Of a stretch of 57,277 nucleotides of DNA, positions 50,745 to 57,277 are shown in pieces (position 1 is the stretch's first letter; each line of letters begins with the position of its first letter). Source of the stretch: Oligoflexia bacterium (lineage in GTDB: Bacteria > Bdellovibrionota > UBA1018); NCBI GenBank assembly GCA_903881565.1, contig CAIRTR010000045.1:1-57277 (forward strand). Reading direction: 5' to 3'. The notes beneath the pieces were generated by a model. That model was not told where the DNA came from. It ran no database searches and saw only the letters and a list, made by a program, of their open reading frames with translations. Both the position numbers and the translations under genes were made by a program.

Positions 50745-51023
50745 TTAGTCAAAAATCGTGTGAACCTGATCAACGATGCCAACAATCACCATTTGTGCGG
50801 GGAGAGGTTGAGTTGGATCGTCGAGAACCGCTTGACGAGCGCCGGTTCCTTCTTGCAATACAAGCACCGTGTCACCTGGGCCGGCTTGAACGGTATCGAT
50901 GGCGACCAGGGGCGTTTGATCCCCAAAACCTGGTTCAGGCTGTACACAAAGGAGAGGTCGGTTCGGGATCGAATCGAGTCTTGCCGAAGCGACGACTCTG
51001 GAAATGACTTTAGCTATGATCAT
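50745..51023 (-). CDS. BMC vertex protein (BMC-P, EutN/CcmL family)
   Basis: MIIAKVISRVVAS, VAIDTVQAGPGD, IVGIVD. Confidence 0.9.
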   Translation of the reverse strand: MIIAKVISRVVASARLDSIPNRPLLCVQPEPGFGDQTPLVAIDTVQAGPGDTVLVLQEGTGARQAVLDDPTQPLPAQMVIVGIVDQVHTIFD

Positions 51024-51282
51024 CGACAATCCCCGTTACGGCCGCATCGACCGGATAATTGTTGGCCAACTTTGCTCCCGGTATAGCGAGCGACGCCTCG
51101 CGTTTGCCCACCCAGATCACTAAATCCCCATCTCGTGCTCCTACGGCATCCACCGCGACAAAGGGTTCACCCAAAAGGTTGTGATCGTGATCGCAGGATT
51201 GCAACACTTTGAGCGGATAGCTCTGAAGATCTTTTACTTTTTGAGTCGCCACGACGGTTCCTTGTACAAAAGCTAATTGCAT
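51010..51282 (-). CDS. BMC vertex protein (BMC-P, EutN/CcmL family)
   Basis: VQGTVVATQK, VAVDAVGA, PVDAAVTGIVD. Confidence 0.9.
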   Translation of the reverse strand: MQLAFVQGTVVATQKVKDLQSYPLKVLQSCDHDHNLLGEPFVAVDAVGARDGDLVIWVGKREASLAIPGAKLANNYPVDAAVTGIVDDHS

Positions 51283-51303
51283 CGCATCTTATCACCGAAC
51301 TTA

Positions 51304-51918
51304 TTAGAAATAAGCCAGTGCCTCCTCTTGGGGTCTTGGGATCATGTCCACTCTACAAAAACTCTCAAGCGTCTCTAGACTTTGTTGTGCCGCCTCGAGT
51401 GCCGCCTCAATCTCTTCTTGGCGGCCCATCAAGACGTAATAGGCTTTTCCGCCGATTCCTTGACCCAAACGCATCCGACACAATTGAACATTTGCCATCT
51501 TAAGCGCCCGATCCGCCGATACGATGGCGCCTGCTAGGGTTGAGGACTCGACCACACCCAAAGATTCCTCAGGATTTGCCGGAATCAATTTAGGTTGAAA
51601 CGTCCAAATCGAATCCAAAAAAGGTGCGATCTGCTCATGCACCCCCGGAATCAGTATCTGCCTGACGGCGGTGCCCTCCGCCAGATCAAGGGCTGAAAAA
51701 TAGGCCGCCTCAACCGACGCCACATCGCCCACAAACAAAAGGACGTGTTTGCCCGAGGAAACGGGTTGCGAGGCAATGACTTTGACGGGCGCTTTTTTCA
51801 ACACGGTATCGGTCAAAAACAGGCCGCGCGAAATACTGGAAAACTCAATGAACGCAAGCGCAGGAAGTTGATCTGTGCCGACGTCATGGAGTGTTCTTCT
51901 GCGGAGAGCTTCGCCCAT
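51304..51918 (-). CDS. Tandem BMC shell protein (BMC-T, PduT/HO-T1-like)
   Basis: Two BMC domains: ALAFIEFSSISRG...GDVASV and LGVVE...GIGGKA...IPRP; Ser in PVSSGK where PduT has its Fe-S-binding Cys. Confidence 0.88.
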   Translation of the reverse strand: MGEALRRRTLHDVGTDQLPALAFIEFSSISRGLFLTDTVLKKAPVKVIASQPVSSGKHVLLFVGDVASVEAAYFSALDLAEGTAVRQILIPGVHEQIAPFLDSIWTFQPKLIPANPEESLGVVESSTLAGAIVSADRALKMANVQLCRMRLGQGIGGKAYYVLMGRQEEIEAALEAAQQSLETLESFCRVDMIPRPQEEALAYF

Positions 51919-51948
51919 CTAGTGTTGAATCCTTTTTTCGAAACTTAG

Positions 51949-53424
51949 CTATACAACCCGAAAATAATCCTTCAAAACACAGCGCCGGACGCGCGAAAAA
52001 GTGCGACAGCTCGTCAGTCCCTCACCCGTGGGTGATGCGATTGTAAAGGACGAAAATCCTTCGCCGCCTAAACCCAGACCCGCGTAGCTTGGAGCGTTTT
52101 TTACAAAGATCGACGTGTTCACGGCGCGAGCCATGTTGTGCAGATTCTCGATGTTCTTGCTGTACATCAGGGAGGTGTGACCAAAACCATGCTCCACCCG
52201 TACCGCCATCTCAATGGCTTCATCCACATTGCGCACGCGCACCAGCGGAATCAACGGCATCAAGAGTTCAACCTGCACAAACGGATGATTCTCTTCGACT
52301 TCGCAAAACACGATGCGAGTGTCGGATCCCGCTTGAATGCCAATGGAGGCCAGGATCACGCTGGCGTCTTTGCCCACGAATTTCTTATTAGGATATTTTC
52401 CGCCGCTTTCGTGATCCAGCACATGCTGTTCGAGCTGTTTCACTTGTTGAGCATTAACCAGGTACCCTCCGTATTGCTGCAACTTGCGTTTGAGTTCATC
52501 GGCGATGGAGGCCACGGCAATGATTTCTTTTTCGGCGATACAGACGATGTTGTTATCGAGTGAGGCGCCTTTGATGATCCCATCGGCAGCTTGATCAAGG
52601 TCTGCAGTTTCATCCACGACCACGGGAGGGTTTCCAGGGCCTGCAGCGATCACTTTTTTGCCCGAAGCCATCGCGGCTTTCACGACAGCAGGACCGCCGG
52701 TGACGACGAGCAGGCGGATTCCGGGGTGTTTCATCAGAGCGCCCGCAGTTTCAATCGTCGGTTCTGCGACCATCACGAGGCAGCCGTGAGGGCCGCCGTT
52801 TCGGACGATCACGTCATTCATGATTTCCATTGTACGAATCGAGACCCGCTTCGCTGAAGGGTGCGGATTGAAGACGACGGCGTTTCCGGCCGAGATCATC
52901 CCGATGCCGTTATTAATGATCGTTTCGCTGGGGTTGGTCGTCGGCGTGATGGATCCGATAATCCCGTAAGGCGCATACTCCAGCATCGTGAGTCCGTCGT
53001 CACCGGTGAACGCAGTGGACTCGAGGTACTCAGGGCCTGGAGTTTTATCAATGACGAGACGATTCTTGTGCTTCTTGTCTTCAACGCGGCCCAAGCCCGT
53101 TTCCTGAACCGCGAGTGTTGAGAGTTCATCAATGTGCTGGCGAAGGGATTCGCGCATTTCGGTGATGATTTTTTTGCGAAGGGTCAGCGTAAGTGCTGCC
53201 CATTTTGGCTGAGCTGCGCGTGCCGCTGCAACCGCCTCATCCATATTCGCGTAAGTGACCGACGAATGGGAACTCACCGAAACAGCGACGGACCCCGCTG
53301 TTTTTTCAAATGAACGTTTAGGAGCTCCTGCCGAAAAAGAACCGGCCTGGGTTCCCATCAATCGCGAGGCTACAGCCCCGGCTAATTGATTAATCTGATC
53401 TTCGCTAAGTTGGTTTAAGTTCAT
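51949..53424 (-). CDS. CoA-acylating aldehyde dehydrogenase (EutE/PduP-like) with N-terminal encapsulation peptide
   Basis: LSEDQINQLAGAVASRL amphipathic helix and linker; ETGLGR, PTTNPSET, VTGG, AGPGNPP, DNNIVCIAEK, ELLMP, PTGEG. Confidence 0.93.
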   Translation of the reverse strand: MNLNQLSEDQINQLAGAVASRLMGTQAGSFSAGAPKRSFEKTAGSVAVSVSSHSSVTYANMDEAVAAARAAQPKWAALTLTLRKKIITEMRESLRQHIDELSTLAVQETGLGRVEDKKHKNRLVIDKTPGPEYLESTAFTGDDGLTMLEYAPYGIIGSITPTTNPSETIINNGIGMISAGNAVVFNPHPSAKRVSIRTMEIMNDVIVRNGGPHGCLVMVAEPTIETAGALMKHPGIRLLVVTGGPAVVKAAMASGKKVIAAGPGNPPVVVDETADLDQAADGIIKGASLDNNIVCIAEKEIIAVASIADELKRKLQQYGGYLVNAQQVKQLEQHVLDHESGGKYPNKKFVGKDASVILASIGIQAGSDTRIVFCEVEENHPFVQVELLMPLIPLVRVRNVDEAIEMAVRVEHGFGHTSLMYSKNIENLHNMARAVNTSIFVKNAPSYAGLGLGGEGFSSFTIASPTGEGLTSCRTFSRVRRCVLKDYFRVV

Positions 53425-53467
53425 ATTTTGGTACTACTTTCAGGCGAGGCTATTCAACTCCGTTCGG

Positions 53468-53755
53468 TTATTTCCGAAAAGTTGTTTTGCCCCCGGTCTC
53501 AATCTCATCAACAATCGCCATAATGACGGTATCGACGGGACGGTTTTGAGTTACGTCTGTTTGCCGAGCGCTGGAACCCGAGGCGTAGAGCACGACTTCG
53601 CCGACCCCCGCACCCACCGAATCCACTGCGACGACCGTTGAACCTTTGGGCGTTCCCGTGAGATCCGTTTGCTGCACCAAAAGGAGCGTGAGCCCCTCAA
53701 GTTTCGGGTCTTTTCGAGACGCCACGACTGTTCCGATGACTTTCCCTACGTTCAC
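53468..53755 (-). CDS. BMC vertex protein (BMC-P, EutN/CcmL family)
   Basis: [38 protein letters not shown]; GTG start with GGAGG SD. Confidence 0.92.
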   Translation of the reverse strand: MNVGKVIGTVVASRKDPKLEGLTLLLVQQTDLTGTPKGSTVVAVDSVGAGVGEVVLYASGSSARQTDVTQNRPVDTVIMAIVDEIETGGKTTFRK

Positions 53756-53825
53756 AGGGGTTACCCTCCGATACTCACACACACTTTTAGGTGTGAGATG
53801 AATTCATGCTAAAAACGAGTCGTTT

Positions 53826-54128
53826 TTAAGCTTTTGACTTGCCTTCGGGCTTAATGCGACCCAAAGGAAGAACGGAATCCACGTTTGCATGTGGGCGAGG
53901 AATCACGTGTACGGAAACCATTTCGCCGACTTTTTCAGCCGCGCGAGCGCCAGCTTCAACAGCAGCCTTCACCGCGGCCACGTCGCCACGAACGATCGCG
54001 GTCACATAACCGCCGCCGATGCGCTCATAGCCTACGAGTTCAACGCGTGCTGCTTTAAGCATCGCATCTGAAGCTTCGACCAAACCTACAAAACCTTTTG
54101 TTTCAATCATTCCTAATGCATCTGACAT
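53826..54128 (-). CDS. BMC hexamer shell protein (BMC-H)
   Basis: [43 protein letters not shown]. Confidence 0.97.
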   Translation of the reverse strand: MSDALGMIETKGFVGLVEASDAMLKAARVELVGYERIGGGYVTAIVRGDVAAVKAAVEAGARAAEKVGEMVSVHVIPRPHANVDSVLPLGRIKPEGKSKA

Positions 54129-54188
54129 ATTGTGTTCTCCCTTTTTTGAAGTTTAATTTAGAAACTATTTTACTTACTATTTCGTTCG

Positions 54189-54809
54189 CTATTTTTCTAC
54201 GCCCGTTAATCCATTAATTGCACTCATCGCTGCCTTTGCCGCTTCGTCAATGTCGGCTTCTTTTCCTGCGAGGGTGAGACGCCCGAACGCTCCAAAAGCG
54301 CGAACATCAACCAACGTTACATTAGCCGCTTTTTCGGCTTCATTTGCCGCATAAACGATGTAGCCTGCAGGATCAGTTTCCAAAATGAACATGCTCATTC
54401 CGGGAAGGATCATGGATCCTCGGCGCCCCTGGCGATTGACATTGACGGCGTGATCGGGCTCGAGAGCGCGAATCGTTTCGGTCCAAGCCACTTTGCACTT
54501 TTGGCGCTGATCGACGGTTTGCTCAATCATTTTCAAAATGGCTTCGCCAGCCTGACGAACTTCACCTTGGTCTTCATGGTGAACTTCAAGCGTTCCGAAG
54601 GATCGCTCAACGACCTGCTGACCCAAGCGCACTTTGGTAGACTTGAGCGCGGTGTCGGTCAAGCGATGAATCGCCATCCCGGGTGCCGTCTCAATCCAAA
54701 GCGAAGCATCGCCCGGAATCGGCAAAAACCCCTGTGAGGTCGTGCCCAGGTATTCGGCCAATTGCGGCTGCAATGAATCGATAAAAATGTAGGTTCGAAG
54801 CTTAATCAT
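54189..54809 (-). CDS. Permuted double-stacking BMC trimer (BMC-Tdp, CsoS1D/CcmP family)
   Basis: [46 protein letters not shown]. Start ATG 54809 with GGGGGAG SD. Confidence 0.92.
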   Translation of the reverse strand: MIKLRTYIFIDSLQPQLAEYLGTTSQGFLPIPGDASLWIETAPGMAIHRLTDTALKSTKVRLGQQVVERSFGTLEVHHEDQGEVRQAGEAILKMIEQTVDQRQKCKVAWTETIRALEPDHAVNVNRQGRRGSMILPGMSMFILETDPAGYIVYAANEAEKAANVTLVDVRAFGAFGRLTLAGKEADIDEAAKAAMSAINGLTGVEK

Positions 54810-54968
54810 AATGAACTCCCCCAATAAATAGAACCAGTTATGGTTATCCGCGAGGGAGCGCAGAGTCAAGAAAAAGGTATTCTGAGGGCTTTGAAAATCT
54901 TTGTGAAAACGCGGGTAGACAAAGTTTCGGGTTTAGTCTAAATCTTAAAGAACTGGGCATCGTTATAT

Positions 54969-55043
54969 TCAGGAGTAGCTCAGTGGTAGAGCAGCCGGCT
55001 GTTAACCGGCTGGTCGGGGGTTCAAATCCCTCCTCCTGAGCCA
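54969..55043 (+). tRNA. tRNA-Asn (GTT)
   Basis: Acceptor stem TCAGGAG/CTCCTGA, D-arm GCTCAGTGGTAGAGC, anticodon arm GCCGG-CTGTTAA-CCGGC, T-loop TTCAAAT, encoded CCA. Confidence 0.97.
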
Positions 55044-55052
55044 TTTCAGAAA

Positions 55053-55085
55053 GCCTCTCGTAAAGAAATTTATGGGAGGCTTTTT
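55053..55085 (+). terminator. Terminator after tRNA-Asn
   Basis: GCCTCTCGTAAA-GAAA-TTTATGGGAGGC followed by T5. Confidence 0.75.
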
Positions 55086-55310
55086 AATATCAACTACTTA
55101 GGATTCAAGCAGTTACGATTCAGGAGTAGCCTCGGTATTTCCCGATCAGTCGCGAGATTTCGGGATTTTCCTATTTTCTTCCTACGATTTTCCTACGAAA
55201 CGGCTCGTTTAAAACGACACGAAAGGCGCGTATCTGCGCGCTTTGTTCGTGTTCGTAACCCTTTCAATTCAGAAAGGAGGACGGATGCCGCCTGAACACA
55301 AACCTCCATG

Positions 55311-55410
55311 AAATGAAAAAGCCCAGGACCATATCTTTTAATGTGTCCCAGGCTTTTCAAACTTTACTGTTGTCAGCTTTCTATCTTGGCAGATGGCGGA
55401 AGCTGACTTT
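55311..55410 (-). ncRNA. Predicted counter-transcribed (antisense) RNA in the parA-rep leader
   Basis: Hairpin at 55372-55407 followed, on the minus strand, by terminator GCCTGGGAC...GTCCTGGGC-TTTTTCATTT; candidate -10 TAAGGT at 55414-55419. Confidence 0.45.
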
Positions 55411-55507
55411 TACACCTTAATCGGGGCTGCTTATGAAGCGGCTCCTGGCAGGTACTTCTCTATTCTTAATGAGAGGTGCCTTCCCTGTCAACTCGAATGG
55501 AGAATAA

Positions 55508-56350
55508 ATGAAATCTCAAAATGCGATCATTATAGCCGTCTCAAATCAAAAAGGCGGAGTGGGAAAAACAACAACAACCGTCAACCTTGCGCAAGCCCTC
55601 TCCTTATTAGGTGAAAATGTCCTCGTTGTGGATCTCGACCCGCAGGGTAATGCTACGCAAGGTCTCGGAGTCAAACTTGACAAGGTGACTGCTTCGATTG
55701 CGGATCTGATCAGGGACAAGGCGTTTCCTGAGCAAAGCGCAATTTACAAAGGGCCAGGACTCGACTTGATACCTGCAACGCCGTTGCTTGCACGCGTGGA
55801 GCGAGAGCTTGTTGGAATCACAAACGGCGAAATGCGACTCGCCCTGCGACTGCGAGCATTGTCCCCGCGCTATTCGGTCATTCTAATTGACACTCCCCCT
55901 TCATTTGGTCCCCTCATGAACTCGTCTTTGAATGCGGCAAACAAGTTGATTGTGCCTGTAGACTCGGGCTTTTACGCAATGATGGGCATCAGAGAGATGC
56001 TAGCCGAGATCGAAGAGATTCGCGCTGCCTCAAATCCCGGTTTAGCAACCCTGGGTTTCTTGCTTACGATGGTAGATCAAACCCGCATTGCTGATGAGGT
56101 TTGCCAGGGTCTCATATCAAGCTTCGGAGAGGAGGTATTTGAGACCAAGATTCATCGCAATGTGAAACTTAAGGAAGCGCCTGCTTTCGGAAGAACGATC
56201 TTTCACCACGCTCCCCACTCCCAAGGCGCAACCGACTACATGGGCTTAGCTCAGGAGGTCTTAAGGCGATTAAAGTCAGAGCAGCGGGATTCGACAAGTC
56301 CCAAGCGCGATATACGCTTAAGCCTTGTCGAAGGGGGTGCCCATGAGTGA
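55508..56350 (+). CDS. parA: ParA/Soj family ATPase
   Basis: NQKGGVGKTTT, DLDPQGNAT, IDTPPS, IHRNVKLKEAP. Confidence 0.93.
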   Translation: MKSQNAIIIAVSNQKGGVGKTTTTVNLAQALSLLGENVLVVDLDPQGNATQGLGVKLDKVTASIADLIRDKAFPEQSAIYKGPGLDLIPATPLLARVERELVGITNGEMRLALRLRALSPRYSVILIDTPPSFGPLMNSSLNAANKLIVPVDSGFYAMMGIREMLAEIEEIRAASNPGLATLGFLLTMVDQTRIADEVCQGLISSFGEEVFETKIHRNVKLKEAPAFGRTIFHHAPHSQGATDYMGLAQEVLRRLKSEQRDSTSPKRDIRLSLVEGGAHE

Positions 56351-57179
56351 GCGCAAAGAGCTAAAGCGAGTGATTGCGGACTTCCCATTTACGAAACCCC
56401 TCCCTATCAAGCGCAGTTCGGTCGAGTTGAAACCGCCGGTTGAGGATGCACCCGACCCCCAAACGGCCTTGATCAAGTCGATTATAGAGGAAAGTCTGTC
56501 CACAACGGACACTGTCCAAAATGCACAGTGTTCAAAACGGACAGTGTCCACGGTGGACAGTGTTCAGGATGGACCCTCATCTGAGTCCACTACAGTATCC
56601 AAAATGGACACTGTGCCAAGTGAGGTTGAGTCGCGCCCCGTGGCAAAGCTTCAAGGGAATTTCACCCAGGTTCCAAACTCGCTTTTACGAACAGCGGGCA
56701 TGTTCGAGGACCCGTTTGACTTCATGATCTACATGCTCTTGTATTCGTACTCCTACGGGTTTGGCAGGGACACGGCCAACATGAGTCAATCCCAGATCGA
56801 AGAGTTTGCGGGGGTTTCAAAGAACAGGGTTAAGCGATCCCTAGATCGCTTGATCAAACAAGGGTGGATCAAACTTGCGTCGGAATACGAGCGTTCGCGG
56901 ATCTCCCGAAAGTGGCGCGTACTCGTCCCCGAGGGGCGCAATCCGGGTCCAAAGAAGTCAAAAATCACAGTATCCACGGTGAACAGTGTTCAAAATGGAC
57001 AGTGTCCGCAACAGACCCCCACAGTATCCGCCATGGACCCTGTTACAGTGTCCAAAATGGACACCTTCAGAAGAAAGGGTCCCAAATACAATTTTCAAAA
57101 AAACTCTCTCTCGGGGGTTTCAGGAAATTTCGCCGAATATTTCGATGGGCTCAAACGGCGCAAGCTTTTTTTTAGTTGA
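56343..57179 (+). CDS. Putative replication initiator (winged HTH), probably C-terminally truncated
   Basis: NFTQVPN, IYMLLYSYSYGF, SQSQI...GVSKNRVKRSLDRLIKQGWI wHTH; coupled to parA; internal DNA repeats. Confidence 0.65.
   Translation: MSERKELKRVIADFPFTKPLPIKRSSVELKPPVEDAPDPQTALIKSIIEESLSTTDTVQNAQCSKRTVSTVDSVQDGPSSESTTVSKMDTVPSEVESRPVAKLQGNFTQVPNSLLRTAGMFEDPFDFMIYMLLYSYSYGFGRDTANMSQSQIEEFAGVSKNRVKRSLDRLIKQGWIKLASEYERSRISRKWRVLVPEGRNPGPKKSKITVSTVNSVQNGQCPQQTPTVSAMDPVTVSKMDTFRRKGPKYNFQKNSLSGVSGNFAEYFDGLKRRKLFFS
56497..57064. repeat. Two clusters of 16-bp palindromic iteron-like repeats (about 11 copies)
   Basis: Consensus TGTCCA-N3-TGGACA(C/G); copies at 56497, 56513, 56529, 56545, 56561, 56596 and 56971, 56987, 57003, 57025, 57049. 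Confidence 0.88.
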
Positions 57180-57277
57180 AATTGCGGCCTGACACTCATG
57201 CCGCGATCTCCTGTTTTCTCCTCGCAGCGACAAACCTCTTCATCGCTTCTCGAAGTTCTTTCAAATGCTCATATCCC
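57157..57277 (-). mobile_element. End of a probable IS256-family element (transposase C-terminus 57196->57277)
   Basis: Minus-strand GYEHLKELREAMKRFVAARRKQEIAA* resembles the IS256-type GYxHLxxLxxA tail; followed by IR-like ATTTCAACTAAAAAAAAGCTTGCGCC. Confidence 0.5.

Larger units (their letters stand above)
55044..57277. mobile_element. Left end of an integrated plasmid/phage-like element at tRNA-Asn
   Basis: IHF consensus site and short direct repeats just after the tRNA, followed by parA and an iteron-bearing rep-like gene; integrase not in the window. Confidence 0.7.

Noticed and set aside
50745-54809. Carboxysome, or ethanolamine/propanediol utilisation locus
   Set aside because: No Rubisco, carbonic anhydrase, CsoS2, eutBC, pduCDE or glycyl-radical enzyme in the window.
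54844-55044. 66-aa minus-strand ORF
   Set aside because: It is the antisense of tRNA-Asn.
56497-57064. CRISPR array
   Set aside because: Repeats are 16 bp, degenerate, mostly directly tandem without unique spacers, lie inside an ORF, and there are no cas genes.

Overview
About 57 kb of bacterial chromosome. Gene content (TIGR04552 protein, HD-GYP, TPR-Slt, orphan secreted proteins) suggests a Bdellovibrionota/Oligoflexia-like or related deltaproteobacterial lineage; this is an inference. A housekeeping backbone (greA-recG, pgpA-recA, alaS, tatC, prs-pth-ychF) is interspersed with accessory loci. The main observations are: (1) a 7-gene Haliangium ochraceum-type bacterial microcompartment operon (BMC-T, BMC-H, BMC-P, aldehyde dehydrogenase, BMC-T, BMC-P, BMC-P) with no signature enzyme and a CsoS1D-like gated trimer; (2) aceK coupled to a single malate synthase-isocitrate lyase-hemerythrin fusion; (3) a candidate type I toxin-antitoxin module near 440-712; (4) a TIGR04552 (RelA/SpoT-synthetase-like) gene coupled to a degenerate flavoprotein and a multi-Fe-S fusion; (5) the left end of an element integrated at tRNA-Asn, carrying a predicted antisense RNA, ParA without an adjacent ParB, and a Rep-like gene containing about 11 palindromic 16-bp repeats, apparently interrupted by an IS256-like element; (6) many genes with leaderless promoter geometry. 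All family calls come from motif recognition by eye; no database searches were run.
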